The translations under genes and the position numbers were made by a program. The notes beneath the pieces were generated by a model. It made no database searches, was not told where the DNA came from, and saw only the letters and a list, made by a program, of their open reading frames with translations. Below are positions 1 to 8,856 of a DNA stretch of 64,000 nucleotides, in pieces. Numbering within the stretch: position 1 is the first letter of the stretch; the number at the start of each line of letters is the position of its first letter. Source of the stretch: Planctomycetota bacterium (lineage in GTDB: Bacteria; Planctomycetota; UBA1135); the NCBI GenBank assembly GCA_004295085.1, contig SHNF01000006.1, forward strand, positions 93,818 through 157,817, read 5' to 3'.

Positions 1-2
1 TG

Positions 3-146
3 AAGATGGGCGGGCCCGCCACCTTCATCGTGCTGGACGGCGACCCCCTGGATCCCACGGCGCGCGTGCTGTACGTGGTGGATCGTGGCGAGGTGCGCTA
101 CGACCGCGCCAAGGCGCTGGCGAAGATGGAAGGAGCGGTCCGATGA
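3..146 (+). CDS. Amidohydrolase-family protein, C-terminal fragment (5' end outside window)
   Basis: The frame is open from the window edge and reads KMGGPATFIVLDGDPLDPTARVLYVVDRGEVRYDRAKALAKMEGAVR*. This is the typical C-terminal strand of amidohydrolase-fold enzymes. Its TGA overlaps the next ATG (ATGA at 143-146). Confidence 0.6.
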   Translation, partial: KMGGPATFIVLDGDPLDPTARVLYVVDRGEVRYDRAKALAKMEGAVR

Positions 147-1549
147 GCATGGGGCTGTCGCGCTGTCTGGTCCTGCTGTGCGCCGCGCTGGTCTTCGGCT
201 CCGCGCCGGCGCCGGCCCAGGAGGAGAAGCCGAAGGCGGCGCCGGAGAAGGCCGCCCAGGAGGAGCCCAAGGAGCCCGGCAAGGACGAGAAGGCTCCGGA
301 GAAGCCCGAGGAGAGCCCGTACCTGGCCGTGCTGGGCGGCGACGTGTACACGGTCAGCGACGAGGTGATCCCGGGCGGCACCGTCCTGATCAAGAAGGAC
401 CGCATCCTCAAGGTCGGCCGCGATGTGCGCCTGCCCGAGGGCGCGCGCACCCTGGACGCCAGCGGCATGCGCGTCTATCCCGGCCTGGTCGCGGTCAACG
501 CCAACGGCCTCATCGCCGGCGGCAACAAGGCCAGGGACTCCTTCGATCCGTTCACGCTCAACGTGGACCTGGGCCTGGCCGGCGGCCTCACCACGGCGCA
601 GGCGGGCAACGCCGCCGGCAAGCTCACGCGCGGCACGCTGGACGGCCACCTGCTGTCCCCGAGCGTCTGGATCAGCCTGACCTACTCGTCCACGGCGCCG
701 GCCACGCGGCGCAAGCTGCGCGAGGACCTGGACAAGGCGCGCGAGCTGCTGCGCCTCCAGCGCGACCACGAGACCGCCAAGTCGCTGGGCGAGACCGAGG
801 CCAAGCCGCCGTCGGAGGAAGGCGTCAACAAGGACTACGTCAAGCTGCTCAAGGGCGAGGCCATGGCGCGTTTCAACGCCGACAGCCTGGGGGCGCTGCT
901 GGCGGTGTGCGAGCTGCTGGAGGAGTACCCGATGCGGGCGGTGGTGTTCGGCGGGCAGGAGGCCTGGGCCTGCGCGCCGCGGCTGGGCCGCGCCGGAGCG
1001 CGCCTGGTGATCACGCCGCGCGACAAGGCCTGGGCCGACGAGCGCCTGAACCGGCCCAGCGGCTGGACCATCGAGAACGCGCGCCTCCTGCACGAGGCCG
1101 GGGTCGAGTTCGCGATCCTGCCGCAGGAGCAGTTCATCAGCACCGGCGGCATCACGGGCCGCGACCTGCTGACCCTGCCGCTGGAGGCGGCCTTCGCCAT
1201 CCGCGGCGGCCTGCCCCAGGCGGCGGCGCTGCGCGCCATCACCCTGGACGCCGCCAAGTGCCTGGGTCTGGAGGACCGCGTCGGCTCGATCGAGCCGGGC
1301 AAGGACGCCGACCTCATCATCACCGACGGCGACCTGTTCGACTACCGGTCCTTCGTGCAGTGGGCCGTGGTGAACGGGCGCGTGGCCTACGACAAGCAGA
1401 AGGCGCCATACTTCGCCCACATCCGGCCGCGGGCCGAGCCGCCCACGCCGGAGCAGCTCCTGGAGGAGATCCAGCGCGCCGCCGAGGCGCAGAAGCAGGC
1501 GCAGGAGCCGGCGCCGGAACCGCCGGCGCCGGACGAGCCGCCGTTCTGA
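143..1549 (+). CDS. Secreted amidohydrolase-fold protein (usual HxH metal site degenerate)
   Basis: Signal peptide MSMGLSRCLVLLCAALVFGSAPAPA followed by a Pro/Glu/Lys-rich linker. C-terminal GSIEPGKDADLIITDGDLF...VNGRVAY is an amidohydrolase signature. After PGLV, where HxH is expected, the sequence reads AVNANG. Confidence 0.7.
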   Translation: MSMGLSRCLVLLCAALVFGSAPAPAQEEKPKAAPEKAAQEEPKEPGKDEKAPEKPEESPYLAVLGGDVYTVSDEVIPGGTVLIKKDRILKVGRDVRLPEGARTLDASGMRVYPGLVAVNANGLIAGGNKARDSFDPFTLNVDLGLAGGLTTAQAGNAAGKLTRGTLDGHLLSPSVWISLTYSSTAPATRRKLREDLDKARELLRLQRDHETAKSLGETEAKPPSEEGVNKDYVKLLKGEAMARFNADSLGALLAVCELLEEYPMRAVVFGGQEAWACAPRLGRAGARLVITPRDKAWADERLNRPSGWTIENARLLHEAGVEFAILPQEQFISTGGITGRDLLTLPLEAAFAIRGGLPQAAALRAITLDAAKCLGLEDRVGSIEPGKDADLIITDGDLFDYRSFVQWAVVNGRVAYDKQKAPYFAHIRPRAEPPTPEQLLEEIQRAAEAQKQAQEPAPEPPAPDEPPF

Positions 1550-1607
1550 GATGGCGGCGGGCCCAGGCTAGGCAAGCGCGGCAGCAGCGGCATAATCGCC
1601 GGCCGCG

Positions 1608-2132
1608 GTGCAGTGCGAGGGATGCGTTCCCTCCGTGTCCGTGGCCCCCTTGCCGAATCCCGTTCTGAGCGAAGGCCGGAGAGCGCCGGCGTTCCGTCTC
1701 GTTGCCCACGACGGAAAGGAAGTCCGCCTGACCGAGCTGCGCGGGCGCTGGGTGGTGCTGTTCTTCTACCCGCGCCTGCAGCGTGTCAGCAGCGGCGGCA
1801 CCGCGTGCCTGTTCCAGGCGCGCATGGCCGAGTTCCGCCGGCGCAGCACCGCCGTGATCGGCATCGGCGTGGACGAAGTGGACACGCAGCGCGCCTTCGC
1901 CCGGGCCAACCAGATCGCCTTTCCGCTGCTGGCGGACCGCAACGCGCGCGTGGCGCGCCGCTACGGCGCATGGCGCGAGAAGAGCAGCAACGGCCAGGCC
2001 TACGTCGGGATCGTGCGCTCCACCTTCCTCATCGATCCCTCCGGACGCATCGAGCGCATCTTCGACAACCAGCGCATGAAGGGCCACGCCGACAAGGTGC
2101 TGCGGGCGCTGCGACAGGCCTGCCCGCGCTGA
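1608..2132 (+). CDS. Bcp/PrxQ-like thioredoxin-fold protein lacking the peroxidatic cysteine
   Basis: APAFRLVAHDGKEVRLTELRGRWVVLFFYP...IGIGVDEVDTQRAFA...FPLLADRN...VRSTFLIDPSGRIERIF aligns along its length with Bcp. The PxxxTxxC motif reads PRLQRVSS. The start codon is uncertain (a GTG a few codons downstream is possible). Confidence 0.7.
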   Translation: MQCEGCVPSVSVAPLPNPVLSEGRRAPAFRLVAHDGKEVRLTELRGRWVVLFFYPRLQRVSSGGTACLFQARMAEFRRRSTAVIGIGVDEVDTQRAFARANQIAFPLLADRNARVARRYGAWREKSSNGQAYVGIVRSTFLIDPSGRIERIFDNQRMKGHADKVLRALRQACPR

Positions 2133-2138
2133 TCCTCC

Positions 2139-3176
2139 ATGGGCAAGGACCTCCGCGCGCTGGTGCAGAAGATCGGCGGCGGCGCCTCGGGCAGCCTGCG
2201 CCGCAACCTGTCGCGCGAGGAGGCGCGCGCCGCGTTCGAATCGCTGCTGTCCGGCGACGGCACCGACGCCCAGGTGGCGGCCTTCTTCGCCGCCTTGCGC
2301 GCCAAGGGCGCCACGGCCGACGAGCTGACCGGCAGCACCGAGGCCGCGCGCGCGCGCCTGAGCTTCCCGGCCCTGCCCGCGCCGGCCGTGGTGCTCGGCA
2401 CCAGCCGCATGGGCAAGTTCCACACGCCGCCGCTGGGCCTGGCCGCGGCGGCGGCGGCGGCCGCCTGCGGGACGCCGGTGCTGGTGCTGGCCGCGCCCAG
2501 CGCCCGCGGCGCCGGCATCACGCTCGGCGACCTGTGGGTCCACATGGTCGGCTCACCATGCTCGGATCCCGGCAGCGCCGAACGCCTGCTGCAGCAGCGC
2601 GGGCTGGCCTGCTGGGAGCCCACGCTCGCCGACCCCGGCTGGCCGCGCCTGCTGCGCATCGAGGAGGAGATCGGCCTGCGCAGCCTGCCCGACATCGTCA
2701 TCAAGCTGCTCGCTCCCCCCGGCTGCCGCCTGATGGTGGCCGCCATGGCCGGACCGGTGCTCGGCACCGCGGGCGAGGCCCTGACCTCCCTCGGCTGCCG
2801 GGAAGGCGTCATCGTGCAGGGGATCGAGGGCTCCACCGATCCCTCGGTGCGCGTGCACACGCGCGGGCTGCTGATCGAAGGCGGCTCCACGTACCCGCTG
2901 CGCGTGGTGCCGGCCGACTTCGCGCTGGAGTGCGACGCGGAGCCGAGCTACCCGCACGAGGACCGCCTGGAGGCGGCGGTGGGAGCCACGCTCCAGGCCT
3001 TGCTCGGCATGCCCGGCCCGGTCACCTACGCCACGCTCCTCAGCGCGGCGCTGATGCTGCGCCTGTCCGGCCGGGCGCGCGACCTGGCCGCGGCCGTCGC
3101 CCTGGCCAAGGACGCCCTGGAGTCGGGCGCGGCGCAGCGGGTGCTGGACGGCGTCCGTGCCGCCGCCAGGCAGTAG
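2139..3176 (+). CDS. Anthranilate phosphoribosyltransferase (TrpD)-fold paralog with degenerate catalytic motifs
   Basis: N-terminal glycosyltransferase-family-3 helical domain (LSREEARAAFESLLSGDGTDAQVAAFFAALRAKGATADELTG). Where GTGGDG and KHGNR are expected, the sequence reads GTSRMG and LAAPSA. Confidence 0.5.
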   Translation: MGKDLRALVQKIGGGASGSLRRNLSREEARAAFESLLSGDGTDAQVAAFFAALRAKGATADELTGSTEAARARLSFPALPAPAVVLGTSRMGKFHTPPLGLAAAAAAAACGTPVLVLAAPSARGAGITLGDLWVHMVGSPCSDPGSAERLLQQRGLACWEPTLADPGWPRLLRIEEEIGLRSLPDIVIKLLAPPGCRLMVAAMAGPVLGTAGEALTSLGCREGVIVQGIEGSTDPSVRVHTRGLLIEGGSTYPLRVVPADFALECDAEPSYPHEDRLEAAVGATLQALLGMPGPVTYATLLSAALMLRLSGRARDLAAAVALAKDALESGAAQRVLDGVRAAARQ

Positions 3177-3258
3177 CCGCTGGGTAACAAGAGCGTTCCG
3201 CAGGGGTATTTAGCTGTCGCGGCATGGGAGTTGCCCACATGGCGCTCCACGCCTCGCA

Positions 3259-4260
3259 ATGCGGTCCCTCCCCACCTCGCTCATGCTCCTCGCCGCGCTG
3301 GCGGCCTGCGGCGGGGAGGACGGGACCCAGAGGCCCGAGCTGGCGGTAGCCCCGCCCCTGACCGGGATCGGCGACGCTTACGCCGCAGCCGAAACGGTGA
3401 AGCTGGCGGCCCCGCATCCCGAGGATGCGACCGGCCTGCACAATCTCTTCCACTTGAGCGAGCACGTCATCTCCGGCAGCGAGCCGCACGGAGATCCCGC
3501 GTTCCGCCACCTCGCCGGCCTGGGCGTGCGCACGATCCTGTCCGTGGATGGCATGACCCCGGACGCCGAAACCGCGGCCCGTTACGGCATCCAGTACGTG
3601 CACGTCCCGATCCAGTACAAGACCATCTCGCGCGACGAGCTGCTGCGGATCACCAAGACCTTCCGCGAGATGCCTGGTCCGTTCTACGTGCACTGCTTCC
3701 ACGGCAAGCACCGCGGTCCCGCGGCCGCGGCCATCGGCCGCCTGGTCCTGGACGGCACGTCGCGCGAGCAGGCCATTGCCGAGATGCGGCAGTGGTGCGG
3801 CACGTCGGCGAAGTACGGCGGGCTGTACGGCGTTGTGGCCACCGCCGCGATCCCGACCGCGGAGGAGACCCAGGCATACGACTTCGACTTCGCCAGCGCC
3901 AAGCCGCTCACCGGCTTCGCCGCGGCCATGGTGCGGATCTCGCGCCCGTATGACTTCCTGGAAGCGGCGGCGAAGCGCGGCTGGAGCGGCGACGAGGAGC
4001 AGCCGGACCTGGAGCCGGCCAACGAGGCCCGGATCCTGGCCGAAATGTTCCGCCGCACCCAGGAGCTGGTGGACACCGAGATGCGGCCCGAGGACTTCCA
4101 GAAGTGGATGGACCAGTCCGTGACGGAAAGCGCCCGGCTGGCGGCTGCGCTGGCCAAGGTCAAGGCCGGAGAGGCCGCGGGCCAGGAGGAAGCCACGGCG
4201 GCCTTCGCCGCCTTGAAGCAGCGCTGCGACTCCTGCCACGCCGTGTACCGCAACGACTGA
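3259..4260 (+). CDS. Lipoprotein: Cys-based phosphatase-like domain fused to a class II (cytochrome c'-like) haem domain
   Basis: Lipobox LLAALAAC. C(X)5R P-loop HCFHGKHRG in a DSP/PTP-like context. The C-terminal roughly 130 aa are helical and end in CDSCHAVYRND*, a CxxCH a few residues from the C-terminus as in cytochrome c'/c-556. Confidence 0.6.
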   Translation: MRSLPTSLMLLAALAACGGEDGTQRPELAVAPPLTGIGDAYAAAETVKLAAPHPEDATGLHNLFHLSEHVISGSEPHGDPAFRHLAGLGVRTILSVDGMTPDAETAARYGIQYVHVPIQYKTISRDELLRITKTFREMPGPFYVHCFHGKHRGPAAAAIGRLVLDGTSREQAIAEMRQWCGTSAKYGGLYGVVATAAIPTAEETQAYDFDFASAKPLTGFAAAMVRISRPYDFLEAAAKRGWSGDEEQPDLEPANEARILAEMFRRTQELVDTEMRPEDFQKWMDQSVTESARLAAALAKVKAGEAAGQEEATAAFAALKQRCDSCHAVYRND

Positions 4261-4407
4261 CGCCGTAAGGCATTATTTGGTAGGATCTTAGGGTCGTGGC
4301 CCGAATGCCCTGGCCGGCCCGGCCGGATTCTGGCCTAGGGGGGCCACTTGCCGGACACCCCTTCCGTCCCTAGCGTTCCCGGTTCCCTAGGCGCCGACAA
4401 CCCCTGC

Positions 4408-7119
4408 ATGCAGCTCGTCATCGCCGAGAAGCCCAGCGTGGCCGAGGACCTGACCCGGGTCCTCCCGGGGCCTTTCCACAAGCGGGAGGGCTATTGGGAG
4501 GGGCCGGAGCACGTGATGAGCTACGCCCTCGGCCACCTCCTGGAGCTGGCCCAGCCGGAGGACTACGACCCCGGCCTCAAGCGCTGGTCCCTGGAGCAGC
4601 TGCCCATCCTCCCGGGCAGCTTCCGGCGCAAGGCCCGCAGCGGCCAGACCCGCCACCTCCAGCTCCTCAAGAAGCTGGCGCAGCGGCCCGAGGTGGAGTC
4701 GGTGGTGAACGCCTGCGACGCCGCCCGGGAGGGTGAGCTGATCTTCCGCGAGATCGAGGAGTTCCTGGGCGTGCGCAAGCCGGTCTACCGGCTGTGGCTG
4801 CAATCCATGACCCCGGCCGCGATCCGCGAGGCCTTCGCCCGCCTCAAGCCGTCCGCGGCCTACGACGGCCTGGCCGATGCCGCCTACTCGCGCTCCGAGG
4901 CCGACTGGCTGATCGGCATGAACGCCACGCGCGCCATCACGCGCCGCCTCAAGGGCCGCAAGGAGAAGGGCGTGTGGTCGGCCGGGCGCGTGCAGACGCC
5001 CACGCTGGCGCTGCTGGTGCACCGCGAGCTCAAGGTGCTGGCGCACGTGGCCGTGCCCTACTGGCGCCTGCGCGGCGACTTCCAGGCCGCCGGCCACTCC
5101 TACGCCGGCCTGTACAAGAGCTCGCGCAGCGGCCGGGACGCCGAGAAGATCTGGGACCGGCACCAGGCCGAGGCGATCCGCGCCGCCTGCCTGGGCCGGC
5201 CTGCCGAGGTGGTCGAGCAGATCAGCGAGAGCACGCGCCCGGCTCCCGCGCTGCACTCGCTGACCTCGCTGCAGAAGGAGGCGAACTCGCGCTACGGCCT
5301 CAGCGCCAGCCGCACCCTGGGCGCGGCCCAGCGCCTGTACGAGCAGCACAAGGCGCTCACGTACCCGCGCACGGACAGCAACGCCCTGCCGTCGGACTAC
5401 CGCCCGCACGTGCAGCAGGTACTGGCGGTCCTGTCGCAGACCCACCCCGGCGACCTGTTCTCCGACACGGGACGCGCCGCGGCCATCCCCGAGGCGGCGC
5501 GCCAGCTGCGCACGGACGGCCTGCGCAACGAGGCGCGCGTGTTCGACGACGCCCGGGTCAGCGACCACTTCGCCGTGATCCCCACGGGGGTCCTGCCTGC
5601 GAGCCCGCTGGGCGGCGACGACGCCAAGGTGTTCGAGCTGGTGCTGCGCCGCTTCCTGGCCGCCTTCCTCCCGCCCAGCGTGTGGCAGAAGGTGGCGCGC
5701 GAGACCCGCATCCGGCCCGCCGGCGACAGCGCCACCGAGCCCACGCTGCACGTCTTCTATACCGAGTCCGACCGCCTGGTGCAGCCCGGCTGGCAGCTCG
5801 TGGACCGCCGCCCCGCGGCCTCCGAGCTGCTGGGCGATCTCGGCGTGCCTCCGGGCACCCCCGCCGCCGGCAGCACCAGGGAGGTGAAGATGGAGGAGGA
5901 CCTCACCCGCCCTCCCGCGCGCTACACCGAGGCCGGGCTGCTCAAGGCCATGGAGGAGGCCGGCGACATCGACCTGGACCAGCACGAGGAGATCGAGGAC
6001 GAGGAGGCCGTGGCCGCGCTCAAGCTGAAGGGGCTGGGCACTCCGGCCACGCGCGCCGACATCATCGAGGGCCTGATCGAGAAGGGCTACGTGCTGCGCA
6101 CCGGCAAGTCGCTGCGCCCGACCGCCAAGGGCATCATCCTGATCGACTTCCTGGAGCGCATCCGCGCCGAGAACCTGGCCAAGGCCGAGCTCACGGCCGA
6201 GATGGAGTTCCACCTGCTCCAGGTGGAGCGCGGCCAGCGCGAGCGCGCGTCCTACATGGGCGAGATCGAGTCCAGCGTGCGCGAGCTGGTCGAGAAGCTG
6301 CGCAACTTCGAATACGACGAGCTGTTCCAGGACGAGCAGCCGCTGGGCCGCTGTCCCGTGGACGGCGCGCCCGTGCGCGAGGGCCTGCGCGGCTACTCCT
6401 GCAAGAAGGAAGGCCACAGCTGGACCTTGTGGAAGGAGTTCCGCGGCCGCTACATCAACCGCCCGGTGGCCGAGAAGCTGCTGGCCGAGCGCGACAGCGG
6501 CCCGCTGGAGGGCTTCGTCAACCTGCGCGGCCAGCCCTACTCCGGGCGTCTCAAGCTCAGCAACGGCGATGCTCCCGCGCTCGAGTTCGAGCCGGTCAAG
6601 GACCTCCGGCTCAGCGACGAGGACGGCGCCGCGCCCGAGCCCGAGCTGGTCTCCTTCCCCGTGGATCCGGCACCCCTGGGACCCTGCCCCAAGTGCGGCA
6701 AGGGCCAGGTCGTCGAGACCGCCACGCACTACCAGTGCCGCCAGGAGGACGGCAAGAGCTGCGGCCTCACCATCCCGCGCGCCGTGTGCAAGCGCGAACT
6801 CAAGCGCGCCGACGTCGCTCCCTACTTCGATCCCGCCACCGGCAGCACCGACTGGATCGAGGACTTCATCTCGCGCAAGGGCCGCCCTTTCACCGCCAAG
6901 CTCGTCCGCAAGCCGAACGGCCGCCACGGCTTCGAGTTCAAACCCAGAGAAGGCAAGCCCATGCGGGGGCGGCGCAAGGCGGCCGCAGCCGAGACTCCGC
7001 CCGAGACCGCAGCTGCGGCCCCGGCTGCAACCAGCGCCGAAGCACCCGCCAAGACGGCGCGCAAGCCGCGCGCGCGCAAGAAATCCGCCAAGCCGCCGTC
7101 GCCCCCGGCGGAGTCATGA
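4408..7119 (+). CDS. topB: DNA topoisomerase III
   Basis: MQLVIAEKPSVAEDL Toprim start, CDAAREGELIFREI, and active-site tyrosine context LTYPRTDSNAL. C-terminal Cys-cluster zinc-finger-like segments, a GRPFTAKLVRKPNGRHGFEF topoisomerase C-terminal repeat, and a Lys/Ala/Pro basic tail. The start was chosen at the ATG giving the canonical N-terminus (the track ORF starts at 4348). Confidence 0.9.
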   Translation: MQLVIAEKPSVAEDLTRVLPGPFHKREGYWEGPEHVMSYALGHLLELAQPEDYDPGLKRWSLEQLPILPGSFRRKARSGQTRHLQLLKKLAQRPEVESVVNACDAAREGELIFREIEEFLGVRKPVYRLWLQSMTPAAIREAFARLKPSAAYDGLADAAYSRSEADWLIGMNATRAITRRLKGRKEKGVWSAGRVQTPTLALLVHRELKVLAHVAVPYWRLRGDFQAAGHSYAGLYKSSRSGRDAEKIWDRHQAEAIRAACLGRPAEVVEQISESTRPAPALHSLTSLQKEANSRYGLSASRTLGAAQRLYEQHKALTYPRTDSNALPSDYRPHVQQVLAVLSQTHPGDLFSDTGRAAAIPEAARQLRTDGLRNEARVFDDARVSDHFAVIPTGVLPASPLGGDDAKVFELVLRRFLAAFLPPSVWQKVARETRIRPAGDSATEPTLHVFYTESDRLVQPGWQLVDRRPAASELLGDLGVPPGTPAAGSTREVKMEEDLTRPPARYTEAGLLKAMEEAGDIDLDQHEEIEDEEAVAALKLKGLGTPATRADIIEGLIEKGYVLRTGKSLRPTAKGIILIDFLERIRAENLAKAELTAEMEFHLLQVERGQRERASYMGEIESSVRELVEKLRNFEYDELFQDEQPLGRCPVDGAPVREGLRGYSCKKEGHSWTLWKEFRGRYINRPVAEKLLAERDSGPLEGFVNLRGQPYSGRLKLSNGDAPALEFEPVKDLRLSDEDGAAPEPELVSFPVDPAPLGPCPKCGKGQVVETATHYQCRQEDGKSCGLTIPRAVCKRELKRADVAPYFDPATGSTDWIEDFISRKGRPFTAKLVRKPNGRHGFEFKPREGKPMRGRRKAAAAETPPETAAAAPAATSAEAPAKTARKPRARKKSAKPPSPPAES

Positions 7120-7529
7120 GCCTCCTTCCGGGTGCGGAGGAGCTGGTGGCCGCCGCCCGGGCCGCCGCCGCCGGCGCCTACGCTCCCTACAGCGACTTCC
7201 CGGTCGGCGCGGCGGTGCGCTGCGAGGACGGCCGCATCTACACCGGCGCCAACGTCGAGAACGCGAGCTACGGGCTCGGCATCTGCGCCGAGCGCGTCGC
7301 GGTCGCCGGCGCCGCGGCGCAGGGTCGCCGGCGCGTCGAAGCGGTCGCCGTCTGGACCGGCAGCGACCCGCCCTCCGCCCCCTGCGGCGCCTGCCGCCAG
7401 TTCCTGCTGGAGTTCTGCCCGCGCCCCGAGGACGTCTCCGTGCACCTCGCCGGCCCCGCCACGGTGCGCAGCTTCCACCTCAGCGACCTCCTCCCGCACC
7501 CGTTCCGCTTCCAGCGCAGCAAAGAATGA
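7116..7529 (+). CDS. cdd: Cytidine deaminase
   Basis: YAPYSDFPVGAAV...GANVENASYGLGICAERVA...PCGACRQFL carries the CAE and PCxxC zinc motifs. Its ATG overlaps the topB stop (ATGA at 7116-7119). Confidence 0.85.
   Translation: MSLLPGAEELVAAARAAAAGAYAPYSDFPVGAAVRCEDGRIYTGANVENASYGLGICAERVAVAGAAAQGRRRVEAVAVWTGSDPPSAPCGACRQFLLEFCPRPEDVSVHLAGPATVRSFHLSDLLPHPFRFQRSKE
7449..7508 (+). repeat. Direct repeat copy 1 (authentic 3' end of cdd)
   Basis: A 60-nt core matches 9224-9283 at 54/60 positions by hand alignment. Confidence 0.8.
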
Positions 7530-7652
7530 AGCCGGCCCTGGAGGCCCGCCTCCCTACGAGGCGAGTGGCCGGGGAGACGCTGCGACCGCCGGCTCGACGG
7601 GTCACCAGCGAGCTGCGTGCAGTCTCCGCGCGGCTCTGCCATCCGTTCCCGC

Positions 7653-8327
7653 TCATTCCCGGCGGCGGTGGTAGAAGCGCTTCACCTTGTCCCGGTTGCC
7701 GCACACGCTCATGTCGCACCAGCGGCGCGAGCGGTTCCTGCTGCGGTCGAGGAACAGCCAGTCGCAGGCATCCGCGGCGCACACGCGCAGGCGCTCGAGG
7801 TCGGCCGCCGAGGTGAGGAGCTCGTAGGCGGATTGCATGACGGGAAAGTGCAGGCGTTCGAGGTCGCCCGGCTCGCAGGCGAAGCTCGAGCCAAAGCGCG
7901 GCCGCCCGGGGACGAGCTCCAGATGCGCGAAGGCGCGCGCCAGGGACCGGTTCAAGGAGTGCAGCGGACCGGCAGGCGCGGGGCGGCCCCGGGCCAGGGC
8001 GGAGAAGAGCGCGAACAGCACCTCGCGCAACGACTGCATCTGCTGCAGTGCACGCTGGGCGGCGGCTGGCCGGCGCGCCGCGGCGCGGCGCAGGGCCCGG
8101 GCCTCGCCGGGGGAGAGCAGGCGCGACTGCTCGGCCCAGTCCACCAGGTCGGCATAGCTCTCGAGGTTGTCCCGGCGGGTGGCCAGCGGCCGCTCGTCGA
8201 GGGTGTTGACCAGGTCCAGGCAGGCCGCACCACCCGTGAGCTCGAACAGGAAGCCCTGCGGCGTGCGGCGGCCGCCCCGCTTGACCGGGGATTCGCCCGT
8301 CGGCATGCGCGCGGCGCCGGAGGCCAT
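7653..8327 (-). CDS. ABATE-domain / CGNR zinc-finger putative regulator
   Basis: N-terminal FLFELTGGAACLDLVNT (ABATE-like). The C-terminus has C-x2-C...RRWCDMSVCGNRDKVKRFY (CGNR zinc finger). The start was taken at the ATG at 8327; the TTG at 8348 or the ATG at 8306 are alternatives. Confidence 0.8.
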   Translation of the reverse strand: MASGAARMPTGESPVKRGGRRTPQGFLFELTGGAACLDLVNTLDERPLATRRDNLESYADLVDWAEQSRLLSPGEARALRRAAARRPAAAQRALQQMQSLREVLFALFSALARGRPAPAGPLHSLNRSLARAFAHLELVPGRPRFGSSFACEPGDLERLHFPVMQSAYELLTSAADLERLRVCAADACDWLFLDRSRNRSRRWCDMSVCGNRDKVKRFYHRRRE

Positions 8328-8348
8328 GCCGGCACCATAAACCAGCAA

Positions 8349-8511
8349 TGCAGACTTGACAAGTTAGTTTCAGTTGGTAACCTACTAATTCGATGACACT
8401 GGTTAGTATCCCGACGCTCCCGGTGACCCGGTCCAGGCGTGGCCGTGGCCCTGGAGGGCGCTCTTCGGTGGCGGTCCTGGTGGCTGACCGGTCCAGAAGG
8501 AGCATGACGCG
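8349..8511. promoter_or_regulatory. AT-rich divergent promoter/operator region between the CGNR regulator and the ABM gene
   Basis: A locally AT-rich stretch in a roughly 70% GC genome. It holds a TTGACA hexamer at 8356-8361 and a repeated GTTAGT motif (8363-8368, 8402-8407) with ACTAAT at 8385-8390 in the opposite sense. Confidence 0.35.
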
Positions 8512-8856
8512 ATGATCGCGAGAATCTGGCGTGGGATGGTCCCGTTGGAGAAGGCGGAGGGGTACGGCAAGTACCTTGCAGACTCCGATCGCGGCGTGCG
8601 GGACTACCGGAGAGTGCCCGGCAATCGCGGGGCCTGGCTCCTGCGGCGCGTGCAGGGCGACCGGGTGCATTTCCTGCTCATCTCGCTGTGGGACTCACGC
8701 GCGGCGATCGAGGGGTACGCCGGTCCGGACATCGAGCAGGCCCGCTACTTCGCATACGATCGGGAGTGTCTCCTGGAACCCGAGCCCCAAGTTGCGCACT
8801 ACGAGGTCCTGGTTGCACCCGCAGCCGGCGAAAGTTGCCGCCCGCTGCCCGCATGA
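8512..8856 (+). CDS. ABM-domain (antibiotic biosynthesis monooxygenase-like) protein
   Basis: A small ferredoxin-like-fold pattern: MIARIWRG...GYGKYL...HFLLISLWDSRAAIEGYAG. AGGAG lies 8 nt upstream of the ATG. Confidence 0.6.
   Translation: MIARIWRGMVPLEKAEGYGKYLADSDRGVRDYRRVPGNRGAWLLRRVQGDRVHFLLISLWDSRAAIEGYAGPDIEQARYFAYDRECLLEPEPQVAHYEVLVAPAAGESCRPLPA

Noticed and set aside
4387-6927. 846-aa ORF antisense to topB, and the 911-aa plus-strand ORF 4794-7529
   Set aside because: The antisense frame is low-complexity (Ala/Gly/Arg/Leu) and fully overlaps the unmistakable topoisomerase III frame. Only the last 414 nt of the 4794-7529 frame are real (cdd).
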